A program made the translations under genes and the position numbers. This document shows, one piece after another, positions 10,295-21,140 of a stretch of 64,000 nt of DNA; position 1 is the first letter of the stretch; every line of letters begins with the position of its first letter. Below the pieces are notes generated by a model. The model worked only from the letters and a program-made list of their open reading frames with translations, ran no database searches and was not told the origin of the DNA. The stretch comes from Hyaloraphidium curvatum SAG 235-1 (lineage: Eukaryota > Fungi > Monoblepharomycota). The stretch is taken from assembly GCA_025558095.1 (NCBI GenBank), contig JAIVFI010000005.1, positions 806,001-870,000 on the forward strand, read 5' to 3'.

Positions 10295-11887
10295 ATGACG
10301 CCCGCCGAGCTGCTCGCCGTGCTGCCGGACGTCGACACGCCTCCTCCCGAGCTCCCGGGATTTCCTCCTTCCGAGGGGGATGCGCTTGCGGCGGCCGCGG
10401 CTCGCCTCGCACGCGAAACCGCGCCGTCGCGCGCCGACCTCGCCCGCGCGGCCCGCCGGTCGTCGCGGCTGCTCGGCGCCGTCGCCGACGCAATGCTCGG
10501 TCTCAGCAGGAGCGCCGCGAAATGGGCGTACCTCGGAGGGACGCTGCTCGGGTGCTGTGGCGTCGTGACGGTCATGGCGCTCTATCCCGTACTTGCCGGC
10601 ACAACGGCACCCTTCGGGGCCGCAAAAATTGCCGCGGGCACGGCGGGCGTCGCCGTGTTCATTCCCGGCTTCCTGGCACTCAGCGTGCTCGCGCACTTGC
10701 GCGTCTGGCCGCTCCTCATGGACCCCTCGCGGCACTTCCTGCACGGGCTGTCGCGGTGGCTAGATCTCGTCGGCGGCAAAGTCGATTCTTCAAACGAGCT
10801 ACTTGAGATGGCGCAGAGACTTGTGCCGGAGGAACGGCCTGGGACGGAGACGCAGCCCGGAATGACAAAGGATGAGGAGCACGCTGCCCACCATTCGGGC
10901 CCGTCGGAGCTGGTCTGGCACGTCCTGGACGACGAACATTGCCCCTGCCCCGCCCCTGGGTGCGCCGGCCGCCTCGCCACGCTCGAGGCCCTCTACTTCC
11001 TTGCTGAGGCCGCCCTGCGCTTTGCCATGGTCATGGCAGCCTTTTCCATAATCCCCATGATCACCCCGCTTGCCACCAAGCGCCTGCTGTGGACCACCTG
11101 GTGGGGCTGGCTGATCGGCGTCCTGACTCTCGTGGGCGGTTCTGCCGGATGCACCGTCACGGTGATGCCTGTGCAGTTCCGGCGCCCGCACCCGCCAATG
11201 CTGGCCCTCTCGCGGCGGCTGCAGCACCGCGCGGTGAGCCTCAGGATCGGCGCCATGCTGCGGGGTTACGCAGAGCTGCTGGCCGCGGACCAGCCCCCAA
11301 GATCGGACGACGACGGCCAACCCCGTCCGGCGCCTCCCTCCGACTACGCCGCCCTGCTTGCGCAGCTCGCCCGCTCTTGGGCCACCGGCGCGCGCGCGCA
11401 GACCGCCGCCGCACAGCTCATCGTCGCCGCCGTGCTCTTCCTCCTCCCGGGCGCCGCGGCCAACCTCGCTGTCGGCTCCTGCATCCCCGCCTGGGAGGCC
11501 TTTGTCGTGGCCTGGTGGCTCACCTACTCGGTTACCTACCTACTCGAGGTCGCCGCGGCCAATGCCCGCTCGGGGGCCGTGCTCTCGGCCGTCCGCGCCG
11601 GCCGCGCCGCCGCGCTCAAAATCATCTCCGCATCGGCGGAACGCGACGCCTCCTCCCCCTCCCCGGACCCGCGGCATCGCGCGCTGAGAGAGGCCCTGGC
11701 GGCCCACGCGGACAGGCTCGGCGCGTTCGCGGGCAACGTCTCGCTGACGCGGTTCTTTGGCCTCGAGGTGACCTACGGGACAGCCAGGGGGCTGCCTGTC
11801 ACGGCGCTCACGGTGCTGTTTGCCCTGTGGGGGGTGCTCAGGGGCATGGGGGTCTACGTCGTGTTCGAGTCGTACTGCTACGGATAG
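10295..11887 (+). CDS. uncharacterised polytopic (~7 TM) membrane protein, paralog of 56662-58125
   Basis: 530-aa intron-less ORF with about 7 hydrophobic segments. Shares CPCPAPxC, LSxRLxHRAV, GxCIPxW and the C-terminal GxxVTxGxxRxLxVT..LxGxGV...ExxC with 56662. Confidence 0.8.
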   Translation: MTPAELLAVLPDVDTPPPELPGFPPSEGDALAAAAARLARETAPSRADLARAARRSSRLLGAVADAMLGLSRSAAKWAYLGGTLLGCCGVVTVMALYPVLAGTTAPFGAAKIAAGTAGVAVFIPGFLALSVLAHLRVWPLLMDPSRHFLHGLSRWLDLVGGKVDSSNELLEMAQRLVPEERPGTETQPGMTKDEEHAAHHSGPSELVWHVLDDEHCPCPAPGCAGRLATLEALYFLAEAALRFAMVMAAFSIIPMITPLATKRLLWTTWWGWLIGVLTLVGGSAGCTVTVMPVQFRRPHPPMLALSRRLQHRAVSLRIGAMLRGYAELLAADQPPRSDDDGQPRPAPPSDYAALLAQLARSWATGARAQTAAAQLIVAAVLFLLPGAAANLAVGSCIPAWEAFVVAWWLTYSVTYLLEVAAANARSGAVLSAVRAGRAAALKIISASAERDASSPSPDPRHRALREALAAHADRLGAFAGNVSLTRFFGLEVTYGTARGLPVTALTVLFALWGVLRGMGVYVVFESYCYG

Positions 11888-11954
11888 TGGCAGGAGATGG
11901 AATCCCGAAAGAGTTGCGCCGTCGAGCTCCGCGTGTCCGAGCGCCTCCATGCCA

Positions 11955-12533
11955 TTACGACGTCGCAAAGCAGACGAGGTACAAAAAATCATCCGTCCGC
12001 ACCGCCGCCATGCGGAAGTTGCCATCCCACTGCAGGCAGTACGCCTCGGCGTACGGCGCCTCGTGTTCGCCCGGGGGCAGCCACGCCCGCCACTGCTCCC
12101 CGCCGCACTCCCTCGCCACGAACGCGCGGAACGCCGCGCCGCGCCCGGGTTGAGGCCGCACGAAACCGGTGCCGAAATCCTCCAGCATCCGCGACAGAGG
12201 TGCCAACGGGGGTGCGCCGCGCTCGGCGTCCTCCCGCGCCTGCTTCCGAATCCAACCTCCGCCGAGGTCGCGCCCCACGCGCCCCACGAACTGCGTGAGG
12301 CTGCCCGGCCACATCGCGGTCGGTGCGATAAAGACGGCTAGCTCCGCGTCACCGTGCAGCAGGAATGCCGTGAGTTCCATGGCCCGCACGAGGCGGTCGT
12401 TGGTGCTTCGAGGGAGGATCCGGTGATTCTCGACGTCGATCCACGCGACGGGACCGCCGGACGCGTCGAACGTGCCGGGCGTGGCAACGGTCGTCCTCTT
12501 CTGCTCGCTGAGCTCCGTTCCTCCGCTCTCCAT
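11955..12533 (-). CDS. hypothetical protein
   Basis: 192-aa ORF with globular composition, ending YCLQWDGNFRMAAVRTDDFLYLVCFATS; no family recognised. Confidence 0.55.
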   Translation of the reverse strand: MESGGTELSEQKRTTVATPGTFDASGGPVAWIDVENHRILPRSTNDRLVRAMELTAFLLHGDAELAVFIAPTAMWPGSLTQFVGRVGRDLGGGWIRKQAREDAERGAPPLAPLSRMLEDFGTGFVRPQPGRGAAFRAFVARECGGEQWRAWLPPGEHEAPYAEAYCLQWDGNFRMAAVRTDDFLYLVCFATS

Positions 12534-12833
12534 TGATTGCGGCCCGTCGCTCCAGGTCAGTGGCACAGCGACTGGCGGGGGACACTGGTCCGCGAACGCG
12601 CAGATTGCGGCCCTCGGCACAATGAAATGGCTCTCCGAGATCCTGTCGTGGGTGGTGAAAGCTTGGAGGTGAATCCGAGCCCTAGAGCGACGCTGAGTTG
12701 GGGAGTGGAGTGTTGTTTACCGCCGTCTCAAAAAGGATGCCAGGGAACTCCGATGAGACGGCGCGCCAAGACGAATGCTGAGGGGTGATTCAATACAGAA
12801 GTACTGTCACGAACGACGCACATACATGACACG

Positions 12834-14737
12834 CTACAGCGCCGCCTTGGGACCCCCAGCGATCAGCGCCCTGTTGAGCTCCGCGAGCGCCTCCACGTCC
12901 ACCTTGACCAGCCTGCGATCGTACGTCCACAGCCCGTTGACCTCGCCTTCCACGTCGCTGGCCTGCGTGTACACCGCGGCGGACATGCCCGCGGTGCGCA
13001 TGGGTAGCAGAGATCCGATCTTTTTCGTCAGGGCGGCGAGGTAATCTTCCCGCGATCGATACGTTTGGTAGCCCCTTGGCCAAATGTCAGGCGATTGCAC
13101 CAGAGCGGCAGTGCGGAGTCTCACCAATTTGTCATGCTCGGATCCCAGAGGTGCCCCTCGACCGGCCATCCAAGGCCGCCGTATTCCCCAAGCACGACCG
13201 CGCGCTTGCCGTCCCCCACAGGCTGTTTTGTCACCTCGTGGTAGCTGTGCTCCGACCTGACGTCCCCCGCCCCGACGTCGTTCCACCCCGTCACCGGGAT
13301 GCACAGCCGCGAAGGGTCGAGCGCCTTGACCGCCGCCGCCAGCCTCGCTGTACCGTACTGCCCCCACCCTTCATTGTGCACCACCCAGCCCACCACGCAC
13401 GGCTCCGACCCCAGCGCCCTCACCATCGCCAGCGCCTCGCCCTCGTGCGCCGTCGCCGCCCCCGAGAGCCGCAGGATCTCGCCCTCGTCCCCGGGGAACG
13501 TCCTCTGCGCCGGCGTGAACCCGCTCGGCACGTCCTGCCACACCGCCAGCCCGATCCGCGAGCAGTGGTGGTACCACCTCCTCGGTTCGACCTTGATGTG
13601 CTTGCGGACGAGGTTCAACCCGCATTCTTTGAGCCGGGCGAGCTCCCATTCCAGCGCGGCGTCGGAGGGGGGCGTGTGCAGGCCGTCGGGCCACCAGCCT
13701 TGGTCGAGCGGGCCGTGGAGGAAGAGAGGGCGCGAGTTGAGGTGGATGGCGGGTTGCAATGAGCCGGGGGGCAGGGCGATCGAGACGGTGCGGATGCCAA
13801 AGTACGAGGTGACCGTGTCGAGCGCGGGGCCGTCCGCGGAGAGGGAGGCATACAATGCGCGTTCCGAGGCGCCGTAGCGCGGGAAGCGCTTCGTCCTGTC
13901 GATCAGCTGCTGCGGTGCTTCGACACGGACCAGCTCCGCCTTGAGATCGTACAGGAACGGGTCGTCGGGCGACCAGGTCCGCGGCGACGGGATCTCCAGG
14001 AACCCGGTCCGGTTGGCGCGGACCACTGCGGTGGCCACCACAACGCCCCCGGCCGATGCCGTGAGCCGAACCGCCAGCCCGTCGTCCGCGAACTCTTCGG
14101 CGTCCGCCATGGCCTCCACACGCACCGTCCGCAGGTCCGGCTCGGGAGTGACGCGCAGCTCGGCGATGTAGCGCTCCGGCACGGGCTCGAGCCACACGGT
14201 GCCCCAGATGCCCGAGACGGCAGTGTACCATATCCCGCGCGGCCGGAGGGTCTGCTTCCCCCTGGGCTGCTCGGCTGCGTCCGAGGGGTCCCACACCGAC
14301 ACGAGGATCTCGTTGTCCGGGGTCCCGTCCTTCAAGAAAGCCGTGATTTCGAACGAAAAGGGCAGAAACCCGCCCCGATGATGGCCGACCAGCGCCCCGT
14401 TGACCCAGATGGTGGTCTCGTAGTCCGATGCCTCCAAGTTGAGCCGCGTCCGGGGGCCCCACGCATCCGGCAGCGCGAACCGCCGGCGGTACCACATCCT
14501 GTCCGCTTCCGTGACCCTTTTCTGGACGCCAGAGAGCAGCGACTCCACGGGAAAGGGTACGTTGATCCGGAGCGGAAAGGCCGAAGGGGCCGGGGCTGCC
14601 CGCGGGAGGAGCGCAAAGTCCCACGCGCCGTTGAGGTTGAGCCATTTCGCGCGGGCCAGGGCGGGGCGCGGGTACTCGGGCCATGCGTTAAACGCGTCGA
14701 TCGCGGCGCCGAAGGGCGTGAGCATCGAGGGGGACAT
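12834..14737 (-). CDS. glycoside hydrolase family 2 (bacterial-type); one intron 13075-13124
   Basis: WPEYPRP, WLNLNGAWDF, VPFPVESLLSG, QPRGKQ, IWYTAVSGIWGTVWLE, GPLDQGWWPDG, RKHIKVEP, WVVHNEGWGQY (acid/base), LGEYGG (nucleophile), YTQASDVEGEVNGLWTYDR. Confidence 0.92.
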
Positions 14738-14910
14738 TCCGAGGAGGAGCTGCCTTTGCGACGCGTTTCGCGGCGGTCGAGATCAACAGGATGCCACGAA
14801 GCTCGCGCGACTGCGAATCCTCTCTATGGATAGCATCTAAGCCGCATAATAGAATAGGCACGAACTACTTCGACGGTACCGTGATTGTATCGTGAGGCGG
14901 CGGCTTCCGA

Positions 14911-16642
14911 TCACCACCTCCGCCGCCGTGCGGCCGCGGTGACCGACGCCGTGGTGCCCGGGACCGCCCCCGTCGTCGCCGCCCCCGTGAGGGTGGTCGC
15001 GGGCGTCAGTGGCTCCAGCGACGCGGTGGCCGTCCCCGTGGTGCGCGGCACCGAGAAACTCGTGACGCTGTCCGGATCCAGCGACGCCGAGGGCGGCTGC
15101 ACGCTCCCCGTTGTCACGCCGTTGGTCGGGAGCAGCGTCGGCGTTGGCTGGACAAAGGTCTCGGTGGTGGTGCGCACGACGGTGGCCGTCGAAGGCGGGC
15201 AGACGAGCGGGCCCGCCGTTTCGTTGCCCACGAGGCACTTGCCGTAGCCGCGCTGGCACGAGTCGGTGCACATGTTGATCGTCACTGCCGGGGGCGTGTC
15301 AGCGAGTGATTCTCAGTTTCCACCGCGCAGCAGGGCGGTACCCACGCTGCGAGCCCTCCTCGTTGAAGCAGAACCCGGTGCGATGGCAGCACTGGTTGTT
15401 GCGGCACCGCGTGCCCAGGTCCGCCCCGCAGCGGTTGTCCTCGGCGAGCGGCAGCGAGGTGCAGGCCACGTAGACCGGCGTGCCGGACGACACCGTGGTG
15501 CTCACGCCGGGGCCGATGGTGGGCTCGGGGTCGGGGCACTCGAAGTAGGCAGGTTCGGCGGGGGCGTCGGCGAAGGGCACCAGGAAGCACTTGCCGAAGC
15601 CGACCTGGCGGAAAAGGGCAGAGTCAGTTCCCCCGTCACGTCAAGGTGATCATGGCCGATTCCGACCTGGCAGGGCGGGTATCCGCACCATTCCCATCCC
15701 GAATCTCCGCCATCGTCTTGGCAGAACCCGAGGGTGCTGCAGCACAGGTTGTTGGGGCAGCGCGTGTTGAACTCGGCCCCGCAACGGCCGTTCTCCGACA
15801 CGGGCAGCTCCGGACAGGCAGTGTAGACCGTCGTCCCCGAAGAAACGGTGGTGAGGGTGAAGAGCGGGCGGGTGCTCGTGGTCTCGGTGCCGGTGGGGGA
15901 TTCCGTCGGCGGGGGCGTGGGGTCCGTCGGCGCGACGGTGGTGGTCACGTCGCACACGAGGCCGGTCGAGACGGGGCCGTCGCCAACCAGGCAGCGGCCA
16001 AAGAGGACCTGGCAGCCGGTGCCGCAGTAGGGCTGCTCGTCGACGCCCAAGGCCGGCTGGCACCACCTGATCCAGATACCAACGCAAAGCACGGGATCAA
16101 CAACATGAAAAGCACGGGATCAGTACGATAAAGGAAATCAGCGGGCTTTCAACCCACCCGTAGGCCGAGCAGCACGACCAGTCGGGACACCGGCTCCCGA
16201 ACTCGCTGCCGCAGCGGGCGCCGGTCGTGGGCGGTATGGTAGGGCACGGCTGGTAGATTGTAGTGCCGGCCGACACTGTGGTCAGCTGGTACTCCGTGAA
16301 GCTCGTCGGCGGCGTCGATGTCGGACACGGGATGTCCGCGGCGACGTCCGCAGCACGCAGGCACGTCCCGTAGCCGAGCTGGCAGCCGGCGCCGCACCAC
16401 GCCTCGCCCAGCAGGTCGGGCGCCTCGGAGCACCAGCCAAACACGGAGCAGCACGCGTCGCCGGGGCACCGCGTGCCGAACAGGTCGCCGCACCGCACGC
16501 CGGCCGTCTGGGGGATCGCCGGGCACGCCAGGAAGACGGGCTGGCCGCCGACCGTGCCCGTCGGGACGCTCTGCGCGGCGGCACTGCGCGCGAGGGCCGC
16601 CGCGGCGGCAACCGCCAGCGCGATTCGCGCCGACCGCGCCAT
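14911..16642 (-). CDS. secreted chitin-binding protein with four CBM18/hevein domains and a Thr-rich tail; 3 introns
   Basis: Signal peptide MARSARIALAVAAAAALARSAAA; four RCGxxxxxRCxxxxCCxxxGxC...C...CQxxxGxC repeats separated by Thr/Pro linkers. Confidence 0.88.
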
Positions 16643-17041
16643 GTGTGATTGTGGGATGGCGGCCGGTCGGGCGGGGCGGGGTTGTTTACGCTTTGTTTGG
16701 ACCCTTCGCGCTCCGATAGGCATCCGGGAGATCCGAGGCCACAAAAGGGCCAATTCCACCTTGCCTGACAGGTTGTGTGCCTATGAAGCTCAAGCTTTCG
16801 GAATCCGTAGTCTCGCAGGCATTTTCAGGCTGGCATGCACATCCATTTCGTGACTGGGCGCGGGCGCGCGAGCTACAGCGGTTTCGCCTGCTACCTCCTC
16901 GTAACTCGCTTCAATATTCTTGAAACATAGAGTACATCTCTTTCGGAGTGCTCTGCAATCAGTCTCTCGTTTCGCCCGACGATTTATCCGCCCCGGTGCT
17001 GCGCAATGCACCCCACTGCGCATGCAGCTCGAATCACAAAC

Positions 17042-17800
17042 ATGGACGCCGCACCGTCTGCCCCGACCATGCCCGCCGTCCTGCAACCGAATCTCCTGCT
17101 GCTCGCGAAGCACAGCCGCTGGGCCGTCAAACGGCTCCTCGCCGGGTGCGCGCAGCTGTCTCCCGAGGACCTGTCGCGCGACATTGGCCTCCCCTTCCGC
17201 TCCGTGCGCGCGACCCTGAACCACATGTGCGTCCTCCCGTCTCCCGCCGTTCCCTTTGCCGCGGCTGACGCGCGTCCCGTCCCCCGCCAACCCCAGGGCG
17301 CTCGCCGACACCGTCTGGATGCACCGCCTCGGCCCCTCCCCCGTCCCCGCGCCCACCTTCGACCTCTACAAGATCGGGCCCCTGTGGGTCCCCGACACCG
17401 ACGCCGGACAATGGGACGCGCCGCCGGGACTCGAGGCCGAGGGCTCGGCCGAGGCCGCGCTGCTCGCGTTCGCGGACTCGTGGGTGGCGCTCGTCGAGGC
17501 GATGTCGGAGGAGGCGGCGAGAGGAGAGGTCGAGTACGTCCACCGGGATTGGACCAAGAGGACGAAAAGAAGGGGCGAGGCGCTGAACCACGGTGGGTTC
17601 TGCTTGCCGATGGCCTTGTCCCGGCATGGACTGAACCCACTGGCGCAGTGTTCAACCACCACACGCACCACCGCGGCCAGGTTTCGGCGGGGCTGTACAT
17701 CCTCTCCGGGCTGACGGGCAAGAAGGAAGCCAGGGTTCCATCGATGGACCTGCATTTCTTCATCGAGGAGACGGAGGCGGGCAAGGCCGATCCAGGTTGA
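17042..17800 (+). CDS. DinB/YfiT-family putative metalloenzyme; 2 introns
   Basis: GLPFRSVRATLNHMALADTVWMHRL and HVFNHHTHHRGQVSA (His triad) after removing introns near 17227-17296 and 17593-17648. Confidence 0.85.
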   Translation: MDAAPSAPTMPAVLQPNLLLLAKHSRWAVKRLLAGCAQLSPEDLSRDIGLPFRSVRATLNHMCVLPSPAVPFAAADARPVPRQPQGARRHRLDAPPRPLPRPRAHLRPLQDRAPVGPRHRRRTMGRAAGTRGRGLGRGRAARVRGLVGGARRGDVGGGGERRGRVRPPGLDQEDEKKGRGAEPRWVLLADGLVPAWTEPTGAVFNHHTHHRGQVSAGLYILSGLTGKKEARVPSMDLHFFIEETEAGKADPG

Positions 17801-17971
17801 GGCGCCTGTAGTGCATTCAACCTGATTGGCACTCTCTTGAGGATTCGCAGTGAAAAAAGCGGCGATGCCGGGCCTTACATGTGAAGTCAGTCAGGAGGAC
17901 GCCCCCCACAGCGAAGAAACTCTGACTCCACTTCATCCCCACGCCAACGAAAACAGCATTGAGGGCATCGA

Positions 17972-19206
17972 ATGGCGGCCGGACTTTCCGACATCGCGGA
18001 CGATGCTCTCGCGCGCCCGGGCTTGGGCACGATGCCGCCGGAGCTCCTGGCCGGCGTCCTCTCTTTCGACTGCCTCTCCCTCGCGGACCTCTTCTTCCTC
18101 CGCAGGCCTTTCGCGACGCCGCCAACGACGAGCTCATCGGGCGCGTGCGCTTGACGGTGAAGGAGGAGCGGGATTCGCGGGCCTTTGTTGCGTTCGCGAA
18201 CGAGGCCAGGCTCACAGGAACATCCCGCCTGGGCGCCGATTCCCGCGGCATCCTTGGGCCCGCGAGCGTGGGGAACCTGCTCCGCCTCGCGGGGGCGTCG
18301 CCGTACGAGTTCGCGACCCTGGAGATCCCGGCGGATTTGTACCGCTTCACGACCAAGATGGGCATCGCGGCCCGCCACCTGGGGACGACCTCGGTCTCGC
18401 TCCGGACCCTGCTCGACTTCATGGCAATGCGAGGCCTGTTCCCAACATTTGATGACCCCCCCGAGCAAAATTGGCAGTGGTCTATGCTCATGGAAACGGG
18501 GCTTCCGGCGGCGGATCTCATCTCGGCGTTGCGCGCCACCAGGCACCTGTCGATCTTTGAACGATGGAGGTTGCTCCAGATGCTGGCGCCGATCACCGTC
18601 GATGATGCCGATTTGTTTTTGCGGGACGCTGGCGATAGCGGGCACGTCAACCCCCTCGAATTCGAAGTCGACCGGGTGCAGGTGGCGACGCAGGTGCTCG
18701 GCTCGATACGGATGCCCGTCGCGACCATCATGGCCCTGCTTGTTCGGTGCCCGTGGCCTGCAGAAGAGCGCGGCAGGCTCCTGGGCCTGCTCCTAAAGCG
18801 GTGGATCGGAGGTTCGGTCCTTTCGATCTCGCTGTTCATGCCCTTCTTCTTCGTGGACCACCTGTGGCGCCGCGATCTGCCGTTGCAGGCGTCAACCGCA
18901 ATGCAGCACGGAGCGAGATTGGGAGTGGAGGACGCGGCCAAGCTCCCGGATCGCGTGTTGGTCTTTGGCACGGAGGGCGTGCAGCTCGACCGCGTCCTCG
19001 ATTTTGTGCGCAGTGCGACGGGGGTTCCGTGGCGGGACATCCTGCACAAATGGCTGGATAAACTGCGCTCGGAGCCCGGGGAACAGGTCGGCCAGCGGTT
19101 CGACCTCTGGCCGGGATCGTGGCAGCGGCTGAAGGCGCTGCTCGACGAGTTCGACGTGCCGGTGCCGCGGTGGTTGGCATCCGTCTGGGCCGACTTTCCG
19201 GAATGA
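17972..19206 (+). CDS. F-box-like N-terminus plus unknown helical domain; frame break near 18100
   Basis: LGTMPPELLAGVLSFDCLSLADLFFLRR in one frame continues as AFRDAANDELIGR in another. Either a frameshift or a 50-nt intron 18056-18105. Confidence 0.55.
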
Positions 19207-19291
19207 GGGAGCAGGATGTAGCTGGCACCGCTGTGACTCTACATTGGGGCGGTGCGTGTATGCGCAGCGCCATCCGGAACCCCATCAAACA

Positions 19292-19756
19292 ATGGCACCG
19301 AAGAAGCGAGTTCGTCCAAGGATGGCCGCAGCTGCTGCTTCCGAGGCTGCCGACGAGGGCGACGACTCCCTGCAGCGGCCGACGCTGGGCACGCTGCCGC
19401 CGGAACTCCTCTCCGCCGAAGGCCAAGCTATGGACCTCAGGTTCGCGTTCAGAGTCCTTGGCCTCCTGTTTTCCTCGAACGCCGCAGTCTGTGCCAAGGA
19501 CCGCGTCCTGGACTTCATCCGCGCGGCCGCTGCCGCGGCGCCGTGGAGGGAAGCCCTGCTGAAGTGGCTCGAAACGGTACGGTCGGCCAGGGAAGAGCTG
19601 GAGGGCGAGTTTTTCGCCTTCGAGGGAGCGCGGGAGCACCTGGAATCGATGCTGCGCGAATTCAACATCCGCGTGCCGCGCTGGCTATCCGGCGTATGGG
19701 CCGAGCTTCACCGAGTCTGGTTCACTGATTCCAGGTCGCGCGGCGAATTGCTCTGA
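19292..19756 (+). pseudogene. internally deleted tandem paralog of 17972-19206
   Basis: RPTLGTLPPELL joined almost directly to DRVLDFIR..PWREALLKWL..EFNIRVPRWLSGVWAE, which match the two ends of the upstream gene. Confidence 0.55.
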
Positions 19757-19910
19757 TTCCAGGTTGGCTGGCTGCCGGCTTCAGGGGGTCGCTCCCCCCG
19801 CCGCTACTTCCCTTGCTAGCTTCGCGCGGAGCGCGGCCGCGGAGGCTACCTGTGTATGACCTGGCATGCCTTATGTTTTCTAGATTCATCTTGTTTGACA
19901 ACGGAGTCTG

Positions 19911-21051
19911 TTACGCAAGCCAATGCCGCGGATCCAGCAGCCCGAAATGCCCCGTCCCCGGCACCACCTCCAGCTCCGCGCCCAGCACCTCGGCGAGGTA
20001 CCCCGACATCTCTTTGGACACCAGCACGTCCTCTGCCCCGTGCAGCACCCTGCACGGTACCTCCAGCTTGCCCACCTCGAACCCCCACTTGGCCCGCGCG
20101 TCCGCGTGCCGAGTGCCCAGCACCGTGCGCACGTCGTGCAGGGGGCCGGCGATGCCGCCGCGGAAGGACTCGGCGGTGGTGCTTTCCCACAGCGCCAGGA
20201 CGGCGGGCGTGGAGAGAAAGGCGCGGTCGGGCGGTGGGAGGGATTCGAGCATGCCGCCGGTGAAGTAGCCCATGGGGTTGACCATAACCGGGGCGGCCAG
20301 GGTCTGCGAACCGCGTCAGCTCAGCAATGCAGAGCGTTGGCGAGGTCGCACCCACCCATAGGGCCCGCAGCACGAAGCCGAACCCGGAGGCGACCACCCT
20401 GTGCGCCATCTTGTTGGTCCCGGCGACGGCATCCACCGCGCCCGGCGGCGGTTCCACGAAGCCGGCCGGGCCGAGCAGCACGAGGCGCCCGACGCGGGAC
20501 GGGAACAGCGACGCGAACGCGATCGCGGGGGCCGCGCCGAGGGAGAAGCCGACGACGTCGGCTTTCGCTCCGGGCGGCAGGAGAGAGGAAAGCAAGGTAT
20601 CCAGGTCGCGGGCTGTCGATGACGGGTTCCCTGCGGGATCAAAGTCCGAGTATCCGTAGCCGGGCCTGTCCGGGCAGACGACGCGCACCCCGCGCTCTGC
20701 ACATGTTCTGTCCATGTCCAGGAGCGGAGGCAGCCGCGAGCCGGGCTGGCCGTGCAGGAAGAGCACCGTCTTTCGCGCGTCGGCGGGGCCGTAAGACGCG
20801 TACGCGAGCGTTCGCCCCGACGGCAAGCTAATCGAGGCCGGCTCAGCGTGCCACTTTTCGAGGGTCCCGGGAGGAACGGGTGCTTTCGACGGAGATGCTT
20901 TCGCGGCTTCGATGCGCGACGCGATGTGCGGCACCGACGTCGGCGTCGGCCGCAGGGCGAGATACAGCCCGGCGCCGAGCGGCACCGCCGTTGCAGCGAG
21001 CACCAAGACGCGCTTCGGCGTGAGATCGGAGAGGAGCGATTCGCCCGGCAT
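19911..21051 (-). CDS. alpha/beta hydrolase with N-terminal anchor; intron 20304-20355
   Basis: GRTLAYASYG, FLHGQPGSR, DRPGYGYSD, GFSLG nucleophile elbow, LHGAEDVLV, GTGHF. Confidence 0.9.
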
Positions 21052-21140
21052 GGTCTTCAATATGCGCACGCTGATTGGGCGATGTTATGCGGCCGCAGCC
21101 ATCCAGCGTCCAGCGTCGGCACTTCCGCTGCCCCGCCAAG

